Source: Asterias rubens
Taxonomy: Eukaryota
DNA length: 64,000 bases
Direction of reading: 5' to 3'
Assembly (NCBI RefSeq): GCF_902459465.1
Contig: NC_047064.1
Span: forward strand, 10,618,160-10,682,159
Part shown: positions 37,291-48,421 of the stretch, in pieces
How the letters are laid out: every line of letters starts with the position of its first letter
Numbering within the stretch: position 1 is the first letter of the stretch
Notes under the pieces: generated by a model
Told to the model about the DNA's origin: nothing
The model's database searches: none
The model's input: only the letters and a program-made list of their open reading frames with translations
Program-made: the position numbers and the translations under genes

Positions 37291-38439
37291 TTTGTCTTTT
37301 CGATAACCAATTAGCTAGTTTTCTGAATTTAATTATGGTGCATTGCCAAAAAGGGCGGCACAGCCACGTAACAGTTTCTTGGCACCGATTTCGCCGTTGG
37401 TGTAACCATACTGTCCCAGTGTCTAGTGGGGGTGACGCGCGGCATCCCGATAGTGAATATTCCCCGCTAGTATAACTAGAAGATCACCAGAGGCTCGTAG
37501 TGCTGTGGTGATGACCAAGCATAGATGAATCAGTGAATGAGTGCGCCATCTGTTGTTTTTTCCCGAACCCGATTTTGTGCACAGCAGAATTGAGGTGGTA
37601 GGTGTCTGCTGATTCAGAAAGAGCTAACAAGTGCATACTCACAACGAACCAGAGCGCCCACAACTTCTTCAAAGTTCCCCAGGTTTGTACTTACTTTGTG
37701 GGTAAGTATAGTCCATCCATCAAATGAATGATAATATACGTACAGTTACTTGAGTGTTTATTATCATAAAAACTTTCTTGGTATAGGGGTAGAGGTTAAT
37801 AGTATAAAACATTGTGGGAAACGGCTCCCTCTGAAGTAATGTAGTTTTTGAGAAAGAAGTAATTTTTCCACGAGTGATTTCGAGACCTCAGATTTAGAAT
37901 TTCGAGGTCTCGAAATCACGGATCTGAAAACACACAAGTGCGACAAGGGTGTTTTTTTCTTTCATCTCGCAACTTGAGCTCAAATTTTCACAGGTTTGTT
38001 ATTTTATTTATGCATACGTTGAGATACACCAACTGTGATGATTTGTCTTTGATAATTTCTAATAATGTCCAGAGTCTTTAAGGGTGAACTGGTGAACTGG
38101 AGGAGAGGTTTGGCTTAATTAAAAACATTTAATATTGTTTAACAACATGCTCAAGTTTCCTTTCCTTCATGATCAAACCATGGCCACCGACGACTCGTTT
38201 GAGACAGCTCGACCATTCCTACAGCGGTTGAGACAGCTCGACCGTTCCTACAACTCGACGAACATTTTTTTCATCTGTCAGAAAACTCGACTTATAATTA
38301 GGACCAAGACAAGTCGATGGATGGCCTCAGCACGGGGCGCGAACAGGGCTGGGAAGGGGGGCGTGTTATAGGGTTAGAAGGGTAAGGATTTACAGGTAAC
38401 TTGTGTAAACATGTCTGTAACAGAGGTAAACTGTTCAAC

Positions 38440-38560
38440 CGTCGACGTGTCTTGGCCATCCTTAGAGTTTTCTGAACCGTCGAGTTGTGTGAACCGTCGA
38501 GTTGTCCGAACAGTCGAGCTGTCTGACAGCTGTCGAGTTGTCCGAATGGTCGAGCTATCA
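38440..38560. repeat. 16-bp tandem repeat (GAACCGTCGAGTTGTN)x~6.
   Basis: Related cagctcgacc(a/g)ttcctaca units lie at 38190-38260. Confidence 0.75.
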
Positions 38561-39644
38561 GACGGACGAGATGTCTGACATCAGTCTGTGGCCAGATAGT
38601 ATGCTACTGTATGCTACCTCCTCCAGTGTTGGACTTACAACTTCTACAAAAGTCAAGTGTTGAGTGTTGAACTGGATTGGTTGACAGCTGGAGGTTGTAC
38701 CCATACTTTTGCAATTCGGAGGAGAAAACTGTGTCATGGCCGAGCGGTTTTTAAAGAGCATTGAACTGAAGCTCTGCTGTATCTGATCACCATAATGTGG
38801 GTTCAATTCCCGGTCGTTAAACTTCAAATTTTCATTTATTTTTAGCAAGGACACTCCGTTGCTTTGTCCTTCAGAAGGGACGTAAATGTATAGGTCCTTA
38901 AATTGTGTTGTAAATCAACGCACGTAAAAGACACTTATCGGAAAGAGAAGGAGTACGCCCCGGTGTGTCTGGCAGGGGGACTATTTGCAATCATGAAGGC
39001 TGCACAAGAATTAGAAAGAAAAAAAGATAGAAAGAGGGTTATGCATGGTACAGGAGGAAGATGGTGGGCTAGGTTGGCTCAGTCAGTGGTTGCTGTCCCT
39101 GTCTTTCACCTCTTTGGATGCCTGGTTTGATACCAAGACCGGAGCCTTACATTGCGTTTTTCAGTCCCGTCCTAACTGTGTGGCTTTTCCCTATTGACTA
39201 ACTCAACCGATCCAAGGCAATGTGTTCCTTTTAAGTATGATGCTTATACACAAATGTAACATATATTGTGTAGATCTTTTGCTGGTAATTTTTACTTTTA
39301 AGACTGTTTGAAATGGCGCGCCAGAGTCGCGCCGAACCAAATAGAATAGTACCGATTCTAAAGTCCACCCAAACAATTTTGGGTTTTTGACAGGCGAACT
39401 TAACAAAATATTTACATAAAGGTTTGGCTCATGACAAGATCGATGTCTGAAACCATGCAAGGTTCTCGTCTCTAGAGTCATTCTGAATGACTGCAACAGT
39501 CAATCTTTCGACTTCTAGCGCATCCCGTCATTCCTATCTGTTTTAGACAATAAACTTTTCAAGTTTGAATTCAGAATATGGTTTTTGCGCGACTGTAACT
39601 TATTCCCGAATTATTACTATTATTTTATATTTTCTACTCTGAAG

Positions 39645-39826
39645 GTCGTGAGAGATTCTGTAGTCTAACGAGAGTGTATTTCAAGGAAGCATCTGCGTGT
39701 GTTATCATGTTTGATGTCACGTCTATCAAGTCATTTCAGCATGTAGTCACTTGGAAGAATTTGGTAGATTCTACAGTCTCCCTACGAGATAGGAGTCCAA
39801 TACCTTTTCTGTTACTCGGTAATAAG
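39645..39826 (+). CDS. Rab29/Rab32/Rab38-subfamily small GTPase, internal exon. Encodes (G)RERFCSLTRVYFKEASACVIMFDVTSIKSFQHVVTWKNLVDSTVSLRDRSPIPFLLLGNK.
   Basis: Matches human RAB29 QERFTSMTRLYYRDASACVIMFDVTNATTFSNSQRWKQDLDSKLTLPNGEPVPCLLLANK, which covers the G3 tail and the NKxD G4 box. Donor AAG|gtatgt is clear. The acceptor is assigned to ctctgaag|GT, and the exact 5' boundary is uncertain. Confidence 0.75.
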
Positions 39827-40667
39827 GTATGTTTGAAATAACCCTCTTTTTTTTCTCTTTGTTTTAATGTTTTTATAAGAGATCGCGTAACATAACAAGG
39901 CCATAAACGGCCACTTCACATAGGAGCCATATATAGACTGATCCGGGCTGTTAACCAAAATCAACTCTCAACTGTCACTAGTGGCATATTGCCGCCTATT
40001 CCTGGGGCTGAAACAGGGTAAACCCTATAGACTTGATGACAAGTCGTTAGGCGCTGCCTATTTGTTACAAACACACATTCTGCCCTTCATGCAACAGTTC
40101 CGTTCGATTATACATTCATGCCACCGTCACGCACACATACTGGGATCGAGGATGTGTGTACCGTCCCTGGATGTAAACTACACTGCGCTTCACAATTACT
40201 GTCTTGACTTTAAGTAGTACTGGGTATTATCCACTAGGACATGTAAGAGCCTGTCTGGTAGAGCATAATGCAACCTTCCCAACTTTTTGCAAAGTTATTT
40301 TGGTTATAGTGCCTTGCTCAAGGGCACAAGTGCCATGACCAGGATTCGAACCCACACCCTGCTACTGACAGCGTCAGAGCTTGCCAGGGGACCTACACCG
40401 CTTGGATGGGCATGACAAGTCGCATCATTTGTTCTTTAAAATGTGAGACATTGTGGTTGATTTATTTTATTTTCTTTTTCAAATCTTAATTTTGTTCTTT
40501 CATTTTTTTTTCTTGGAACTTCGATGACCAATTGATCCCATTTTTCACAGGTTTCTTATTTTATGCATTTGTTGGGATGCACCCAGTGAGAAAAGTGGTT
40601 TTTGACAATATTGTTACCAAAAGTATACCCGGCCTGCCTTTAGGATATTGATTTAGTCTAATGATAT

Positions 40668-40832
40668 TTATGTTCGAATCCCACCCGAGTAATATCCCTG
40701 TGATATTTGTTCATAGGACTCGGGAAAGTGCCGAGTATAAAGTGCTAACACACATTGGTGTATGGGTAAAAACCAAAAAATTAATATTCTTTATCGCCGA
40801 TGCAAATTTAACATCTATTAGATATTTATGTT
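40668..40832 (+). mobile_element. SINE-A copy ending ~25 bp upstream of the Rab-like exon acceptor.
   Basis: Carries the same body and the tail ...ccaaaaaattaatattctttatcgccgatgcaaatttaacatctatta. Confidence 0.7.
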
Positions 40833-40856
40833 GGTATTATTTCATCATTTATTTAG

Positions 40857-40978
40857 TCTGATCTGGACGAACATAAGGTTTCGGATGAAGAGATTAAAGC
40901 AATGTCTGAAGATCATAACTTTGTTGGCTGGAGCAAGATATCAGTCAAAGATAACTACAATCTTGAAGAATCCATGAT
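40857..40978 (+). CDS. Rab29-like GTPase exon. Encodes SDLDEHKVSDEEIKAMSEDHNFVGWSKISVKDNYNLEESMM.
   Basis: Matches human RAB29 CDLSPWAVSRDQIDRFSKENGFTGWTETSVKENKNINEAMRVLIEKMM. Acceptor catttatttag| and donor GAT|gtaagt. A SINE copy ends ~25 bp upstream of this acceptor. Confidence 0.8.
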
Positions 40979-42017
40979 GTAAGTATGTCATAGGATTAAC
41001 AATGGATGGGTCATTTTTAAGCCTTGGACCCTTTCTTTCGTTTGCGGCCACTCGGATAGTCAACATGACTGGCTTTGGTGTAAGTCTACCGTGCGGTACC
41101 ACCTGGACTTATATTTGATGTATAAGCTTTACAGCTTTGTCGCGCTAGGTTTACAGTGCGGAGCTGTACCCATTGTACTTTTATAGTGGCCCTGATAAGT
41201 TACCATGGCTGCGTGGAAGTCTACTGCGACCTCTTTCGGCCTGTTAGTTTTACATCACGGTCGCGGTAAATTGACAGGGAGGTAAGTAACCCATGCGTCC
41301 CCATTGGATTGAATTTTGTCATTTAACAGAAAAGTCGCAGTACTACAAAAGAAATCCCATTGGAACACCGCTTTAGAATTTTATCTAAATTCAAAGTTAT
41401 TCGAGTGAAGAATGTGTTAATGGCTTTGTTAGGTGGAGACCAGTCAAGCTTCATTCAGACAGAAAACAAGTATATAATGTGCAAAGCCACAATCATAGGT
41501 ACACATTTGGGGGGGCGTGGAACGCAATCATTGTACCAGTTAGTATCAGTGCGTCATCTATTAATTTGTACATGCGTGTACACACAACCCATCATACACC
41601 AAGCAGAATGTTTTGAAGTTTTTGAAATGTACAATCTTCGTAAAAAAATTCATTACAGAGCAGATTGTCACAATTGTCTATAATTGTTTTTAAAAAATCA
41701 CTTTTTAACAAAAGGGAATTTATGAATGGAAATATTAGGGTGGTGACTCGTTCTTAAACGGCCGTTTAAACATTGCAGGGTTAAGGGCGTTTCTGCTCGG
41801 GCCTTTATCACACGGCCAAGACCCTGCTGGTTAGAAACAACCGTTTAAGAATGCTGAGTCACCACTCTTTTATTCCCTTATTTAAGTGTTTGGGTAAAAC
41901 CAGTCGAAATGTCAAGAGAAACCAAACAACTTTTGTCCGAGAGACAACCTCTTTAAAAATATGAATAAACATGATGTAGCCGGAAGACTTAACAGATGAA
42001 TTTTACTGTATTGGCAG

Positions 42018-42132
42018 GCTCTTGGTCGAGGAGGTTGTAGCGAGGCTTCAGCCCAGAGTTGCAGAGTTTACTATCGATGACGGGAGGATTAAACTGCCTC
42101 ATACTTACAACAAACAAAGCAAGTGTTGGTAG
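42018..42132 (+). CDS. Rab29-like GTPase apparent terminal exon. Encodes (M)LLVEEVVARLQPRVAEFTIDDGRIKLPHTYNKQSKCW*.
   Basis: Acceptor ttggcag| and in-frame TAG at 42130-42132. It continues the hypervariable tail after ...EESMM. The predicted end SKCW* lacks a CC/CXC prenylation motif (see findings). Confidence 0.6.
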
Positions 42133-42989
42133 ATTTTTTAATGATAAATAATAACTCAAGGGCCCGATTTCATAGCTGCAGAGAATATGCTTAGAAGTTG
42201 TCTGCTAAACAGAAATGAGCAGGATACCACATTCTCAAATTTTACAGTAACATCATGGCAGTTTGAATGGTAACCTTATTCTGGTAAGCATAATTTTGTT
42301 GTGCTTAGCTACTTTTTGTGCGTAAGCAGCTCTAGGAAATTGGGTCCAGGTAATTATGCAATAAATTTATACTTAACAAAGTTGTGTCTCCATTTTGTGG
42401 TAACTCACTGGCTGTTTAAGTTCTTGCAACTTTGAACAAAGTGAGTTATTTCTTATGTGTTTGTGGTGCATTTTACTGAAAAACTGCGGTCATAATTTTT
42501 TGCGTGAGCACAAAATCTTGCAAAAAGCAAACATGTTACTGGTCCAAATACCATGTAATGTATCAGGGAACGATTTTGTCCATCAATTTTGCGTACCAAG
42601 AATATTAGACTGAACTTATTTCGAGCACACTGATTTGTAAATTTGAGTTGCAAATCCTGATTTTTGAGTAGCAATTGAAACATTTGGTGTTGCTTTTGCT
42701 CTGCTATACAAAGTAAATCGGCCACTTTGTATCAGATACTCTTTGTGACTGGTTGATTGTTGCTGGGCAGTTACCGTATGCCTGAAAAATGAGTATTTGA
42801 AGTGACAGAAACAGTTCTTCAAAGTTTGTCTATCAAAGCAGTCTTAAAGGCACGGGATGGACACCTTTCATTCATTCATTCAGCCGATGCGATTCATTCA
42901 TTGGTCCTCCATTACTGTACGCAGCTCTTCCCAACGCAGTCTAAGAGTCCCTGCACAAGGTGTCCTTGCACAAGGTGGTCTGCCCCAGG

Positions 42990-43680
42990 AACAGTGACCT
43001 TGAGTAGGGGCCCATAGCACAAGCTAGCTCACTACCAGCTCTGCATGTCTAAGACAGTGACCTGCTTATCTCAGTCTTCTTGCCCTAATCCTGGTGCCAA
43101 CTCTCGGTAGGCCACCATAGAGTTCCAGGTTTGTGACATGCCTCTCCCAATGAATCTGTTTAACACAACGAAGCATTCTTGTATAGCAGCGATCCAGTCT
43201 CTTCTCTAGACGACTGGCCAGTGTCCAGGACTCACATCCGTACGGCAGTACTGATTCCACAGTGGCAGTAAAGAACTTCACCTTCAGGGACTGGGACATC
43301 TGACTTAACCATAATGTTCTTCATGGAGTCGAGTTCCTTTTAGGCAAGAGTGATACGACATTTCACATCTTTCTCGGTGTCATTAACCCACGAGCCCAAG
43401 TATTTGAAATCTGTTACCGAGTTCAGCTCAGAACTGATGGTTGTCTTTTAGGGAGTGGCAGTGGTCTGTTAAATATCATGTACTTTGTCTTCCTGGTGTT
43501 GAGAAATAGCCCCACTCTGGCACATTCGGTCTCTGTTCTTTGCAGAATCAGCTGAGCTTGCTCAATCTCATCAGATATCAGAACGATGTCATCTGCAAAA
43601 TCAAGGTCTGTGATCATGACAGGAGCCACTCGTCTGCTCCTCCTATCAACTGTTCCTCCACTTCTTCCTGGCAAGGATAA
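42990..43680 (-). mobile_element. Degenerate non-LTR retrotransposon reverse-transcriptase fragment.
   Basis: Minus ORF 43423-43674 translates to ...MITDLDFADDIVLISDEIEQAQ...TETECARVGLFLNTRKTKYM (the FADD RT motif). Minus ORF 43066-43299 translates to ...FFTATVESVLPYGCESWTL...LDRCYTRMLRCVKQIHWERHVTN.EL (RT thumb/C-terminal region). The frames are shifted relative to each other, so this is a decayed copy. Confidence 0.8.
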
Positions 43681-44905
43681 TTGTCAAAGACCAGTCTTCT
43701 CAATTGGTGTATCTTTCCGATGCTTGATTCCGAGGTCTCGAAATCAAATTCGTGGAAAATTACTTCTTTCTCAAAAACTATATGTTACTTCAGAGGGAAT
43801 CTTTTCTCACATTTTTGTAGTCTATCAAGTAAGGTTTTATGCTAAAAAAAAATTGATGGGAGACTTTTGGGCGGTCCTTTTTAATAGTTCTCGCCAGTAC
43901 GGGTACAACAGTGAGCATCTGTGTGCACACTTATAGACATTAAAAAGGACAGTTATGTCTGCAGCTGCCAACGTCTCAAAAGTTTCGCATTATTTGTACA
44001 TACAACGTTGTGTGTAACTTGTAAAAATTTAATTTAAACAATACCGCCTTACTTTTGTTTACATAGAGTGACCCTGAGAATTTCAGGCACAACATTTGGA
44101 AATTATTGAATTTGTACCATTTCCCAAAAGCAAAAATGTGATGAAAATCATTCAGAGATGGAAATCATCTTTACTTGTATAATGGTACATGTTCATGTTT
44201 TGTTCTGTCGAGCTGTAAACAATTTGTGATACAGAAAGTTTAGGCTCTGTGTCTCTTAAATCCGCATCTTCAATACTCCACTGATTTATTTTGTCTTCTT
44301 CTGTTTTAGAGAAGAACCTTTATATGAGCTGAAAGCCTGGTTCATACTTCCTGCGAATGCGAAGCGAAGTTCCAATGAATTTGACGTCACAACTCTGTTT
44401 ATGCTGCAAACATTCGCAAGAGTCAAGCACAGCTCAACTCTGCGAATAATTCGTTGCAAATTTCTGATGTCAACATTCGCATTCGCATAAAGTATGAACC
44501 AGAAAACTGTATTAAAGCAGTTCTTTAAAATAAATTAGGTAAATCCATATAGATGCTACTCTCTGACATTTCCATTTATACTGATAAATATAATAAACAA
44601 TATTGGTAACTAAATCTAACAATGCATATAAACATATAATTGTATAGGAAAACCCCACTCTATGAATGTAGGAGTAACTAAGGCAGCTTTTAAAAAACAG
44701 TATAAAAACTTATTTTAGTTTGATTTTGAAAGGAGCTGCCCTTACACAGTCCGCTCTATATAAAGTTTTATCAATAAGTATCGATATAGAACAATAGTAT
44801 TGATGTAAAATTTAAAATTATTTCTTCAATAATCTTGTATAAAATGGTATTGCTGTTGAAATAATGCCACTGATTCACTAAATATCAGTTATTTGGTTTG
44901 ACCTT

Positions 44906-45280
44906 TTAAAGCCATTGGACACTTTCGGTAAACAGTATTTTCCAAAGGCCCACACTTCGTGTATCACATCTTATATATAAAATAACAAACCTGTGAAAAT
45001 TTAGGCTCAATCGGAGTGGGGAGAAAATAACGGGAAAACCCACCCTTGTTTATGCACGTTTCGCCGTGTCATGTCATGTGTTTAAAATAAATCTGTAATT
45101 TTCGATATCGAGAATTGATAATTGTTGTAATGTTTTCTTAAAAAGTAAAGCAGTTCATGGAATGATATTTCAAGAGAAGTCTCTCACCATTACCTTCTGT
45201 AAACCCTGTAGGTTATTTGTAAATCTTTGAACTTTTTTTTTTCTGTTCCGAAAGTGTCCAATGGCTTTAACTTGTGCATA
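44906..45280 (+). mobile_element. MITE-D copy.
   Basis: Runs from ttaaagccattggacactttcggtaaacag to ccgaaagtgtccaatggctttaa. It lies between the Rab-like and PCTP genes. Confidence 0.8.
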
Positions 45281-46401
45281 TCTGTGGAAATTGACTTTCA
45301 ATCATGCCAATGTTGTGCACACACTTTAAGTAGATAGCAGTCCCTGACTGTCAAAAATTACCGCTCTGCATATTTTGAATGTTTGGAAATAACAAAATCT
45401 TAAAACACACACATACTATTTCAAAAGGAACCAATACAATAGTCAAATCCTTAGAAGTTGGACATCTTAAAAAGTTCAAATGTATAGGGTATATCACTTT
45501 GTTTATCACTTTACAATAATAACATTGTTTAAAAAAATTAAATGACAAACAAATTAGAGACCCAAGTAGCTCCTAAAAGTACATAATATATTCTGTACCT
45601 TGTTTTTTTTTAACTGGTCGATTGTTTTAATCTTATTTAAATGTAGACTTTTACAGTACACAATCTGGGAGACGTTACTGTTAGTACCACTTCTCTGATT
45701 CAAATTGTGGGGCATAAAACCAATATCTTTTTACATAATCACATCACTTAGGAGTGAAATGATTCTAAAAATTCTATTATCGAAAGTAAGTTTATATTGC
45801 CATTCATTTTAAGAGTGATAAACAAATGTATACTTTCCCTTTAAAGGCACTGGACACTATTGATAATTGTCAAAGACCAGAATTCTCACTTGGTGTAACC
45901 AAACATATGCATAAAACAACATATCTGTGAAAATTTTGACTTAATTGGTCGTCCAAGTTGCAAGAGAATAATGACCGAAAAACAGCCTTGTGGCACAAAT
46001 TTGTGTGCTTTCAGATGCCTAAAAATTCACTTCGGGCCTGGGGTCTTTAATAATTTTGAGTGAGAATGGCCTCTTTTTCAAAAGCTACGTTACATGTACT
46101 TCAGAGGGAGCCATTTCTCACAATTTTTAAAACTATCAACAGCTCTCCAATTGCTCATTACCAAGCAACTTTGTATGCCAACAGCTATTTTCAATATACA
46201 GTGTATATTTACTTTACGGAACCCACATGAATATATCTACTTGCCAGGTAAAGTTTGTTCTTTGCTAATAACTATAAGTTTTCAAATAAGAAACTACCAA
46301 TAGTGTCCAGTGCCTTTAACATGATTTGCTAAACAAGTATTGCATCTACTGATATCAATAGCAAATTGATTAAGTATTTTGCCGACTACCAACAAACAGC
46401 A

Positions 46402-46500
46402 TCAACTTGTCGTGCCTTTACTCCTTTCCAATTTAGCCAGGTATTCTGGATAACCATTACATGCATCTGTCATGGATTGCATGAAACCAGGAACTCCAGT
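46402..46500 (-). CDS. PCTP: PCTP-like terminal coding exon. Encodes TGVPGFMQSMTDACNGYPEYLAKLERSKGTTS*.
   Basis: Matches human NGVPNFLKDMARACQNYLKKT*. Acceptor gtttcctag| and minus-strand stop TGA (plus-strand tca at 46402-46404). Confidence 0.88.
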   Translation of the reverse strand, partial: TGVPGFMQSMTDACNGYPEYLAKLERSKGTTS

Positions 46501-47041
46501 CTAGGAAACGGTACAAAAAAATATTGATATTTTAAGATTTCATATTTATGTATAACAAACAAAGAATCTTATCACTCTAAAAACTTTGGGCCAGAATTGT
46601 CCCCAGGGGTCTGAACCCAAATCTGTGCCAAACTGACCTAAACCTGTGTCAAACTGACTTATAACCCGAAAAAGAACTTTAGAGTAGTTGCTTAGTAAAG
46701 TGTTATTTTACGTCACTATACAAATCACTATTGTTACACCGACAATTGTTCTTTACAATGAATTTTAATGCTTTGTGAAATGGAGCCCTGCTTTTTCTTA
46801 GAGTAGGAAAAGGCCCAATTTTGAAAATGACAAAACAAAAAATAATAAAGGAGAACAAACCACTGGTGCTTCATAAGCTTTATCCAAATATATTTACCAG
46901 AAACAAACAGGTTGAAATAGAAATTGCAGTATATGCAAATTTTAGCTGATTAATTGTACATTTTCCAACACAAAAGGAACATGAATTGATGAAATTCTTA
47001 TTCCTGAAAACTATTTGATCGCAGTAAAAAAAATGACTTAC

Positions 47042-47109
47042 TTTGGCAGCCCAGTTGACCAGCCATGTTGGTATCATTCCTTTAGGGTTGTCATAGTAAT
47101 GCATGAACG
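47042..47109 (-). CDS. PCTP: PCTP-like exon 5. Encodes AFMHYYDNPKGMIPTWLVNWAAK.
   Basis: Matches human VFMYYFDNPGGQIPSWLINWAAK, the START-domain C-terminal helix region. Acceptor tatctgtag| and donor AAA|gtaagt. Confidence 0.9.
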
Positions 47110-47345
47110 CTACAGATATCAAAGACAATATTGTTAATACAAAGAATTTCAAAAACTTGCAATCGCCCCCGAATGTTGAAATTCCAGTCACATGTTCATT
47201 TCTTCAGGTGAAGTTTACACTAGAAAGCATGTGTTAAATTTAAAAAAACAGAACACGTTTAATTGTTCTGTTTCTTAAAAACTGTTTCTTTTTTTACTTG
47301 GCCTAATGTCATATGCAAAGGGTCTGATCTAACCTATTATATTAC

Positions 47346-47514
47346 CTTTTGAACCATCACCACTTGCTTTGATTGCCATACTTTGCTTGAAATCATCCAC
47401 CCTGATGACACCAGCCACAGGCGGTTTGGAGGCAAAGGGAACACTGCGACCCAGGATCACCCATACGTGCTCATCATTAATTTCAAACTCTCTTGACTCT
47501 CGTATAAACGCGTA
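47346..47514 (-). CDS. PCTP: PCTP-like exon 4. Encodes YAFIRESREFEINDEHVWVILGRSVPFASKPPVAGVIRVDDFKQSMAIKASGDGSK.
   Basis: Matches human YVYLRQRRDLDMEGRKIHVILARSTSMPQLGERSGVIRVKQYKQSLAIESDGKKGSK. Acceptor ttttgcggacag| and donor AAG|gtaata. Confidence 0.88.
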
Positions 47515-48341
47515 CTGTCCGCAAAAGTGTTAAGAAATCCTCAAAATAAAATGTTGAATAAATTTTAAAATAACAAATTGAGATTGTCAAAATGTCAAAG
47601 ATGGACCTAAAGACCAGAAGTTGACCAAAATTATTGGACGAACCCCATTCTGCTCCATTTTCCAATACTGGGAGATAAAGTATGATAAATGAGTCTTTCT
47701 CAATTGTTTATCATTACCTGTGTGTGAATGCCTATAGAACAAAATTTATATATGTGTAGATACATATTTGGTACATGTTTAATTTGATGAAAATGATTCA
47801 AGTTCAGTTTATTATACAAAATATTGAAATTGTTATTTTTCAATATTACAGCAGTCGGCCTGTGAAAAACATCAAACTTGGTTGTTTCGTCTTGGTGATA
47901 ACAATGGAAGCACGTTTAATTTAGCCAGAGACTTGGAGCACAGCAATCAATCTTAATGACTCTATCATTATAAATATTTATAACAAAAATATTCGTCTGA
48001 AGGATGGTTCTGGTAGGAGCTTTTATAGTTAGAAACCTATCTGAATAAACTGATTTTTTTACAGGAATTACCAAACGTGTCTTTATAGACTCATTATTTT
48101 GAATATAAAAAACAATGAGGCCTTAGTTTAGGCACATAATTTCTAATGATATTTATCATGACATCATTCCGCATAAGTTGTCAATTAGAAACAAATAAAT
48201 TAGCTGCTGCACACTGCTCAACCAGCACAAACAAATTGTGATATAATTGCAAAAATTGGTAATGGCTGACATCTTTTTACATAACCACACTACTTAGAAG
48301 TAAAATGTTTCAGAGTGATTCTTCAATAATAAAAAAGATAC

Positions 48342-48421
48342 ATCTCTTGATGACATTGGGAATGGGTAGTTGACTCTCCAGTAAACGCCCTCTCTGTCAC
48401 CATCTTTAACTTTATACAACT
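48342..48421 (-). CDS. PCTP: PCTP-like exon 3. Encodes (K)LYKVKDGDREGVYWRVNYPFPMSSRD.
   Basis: Matches human ELYEQECNGETVVYWEVKYPFPMSNRD. The acceptor is a 16-T tract followed by gcag|, and the donor is GAT|gtatct. Supplied ORF 48294-48512 (-) overlaps this exon but runs on into flanking intron. Confidence 0.88.

Noticed and set aside
37560-37700. The translation ...SAHNFFKVPQ followed by gtttgt considered as Rab exon 1, because of its weak resemblance to human RAB29 DHLFKVLVVGD.
   Set aside because: There is no in-frame ATG, because a TAG lies a few codons upstream. The similarity is limited to 5-6 residues and no P-loop follows.
38640-38720. The translation VELDWLTAGGCTHTFAIRRR, which superficially resembles a Rab G3 box (WDTAGQ), considered as a missing Rab exon.
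   Set aside because: A stop codon sits immediately upstream in that frame. No P-loop exon precedes it, the downstream residues do not follow the Rab switch II pattern, and the segment runs into a SINE.
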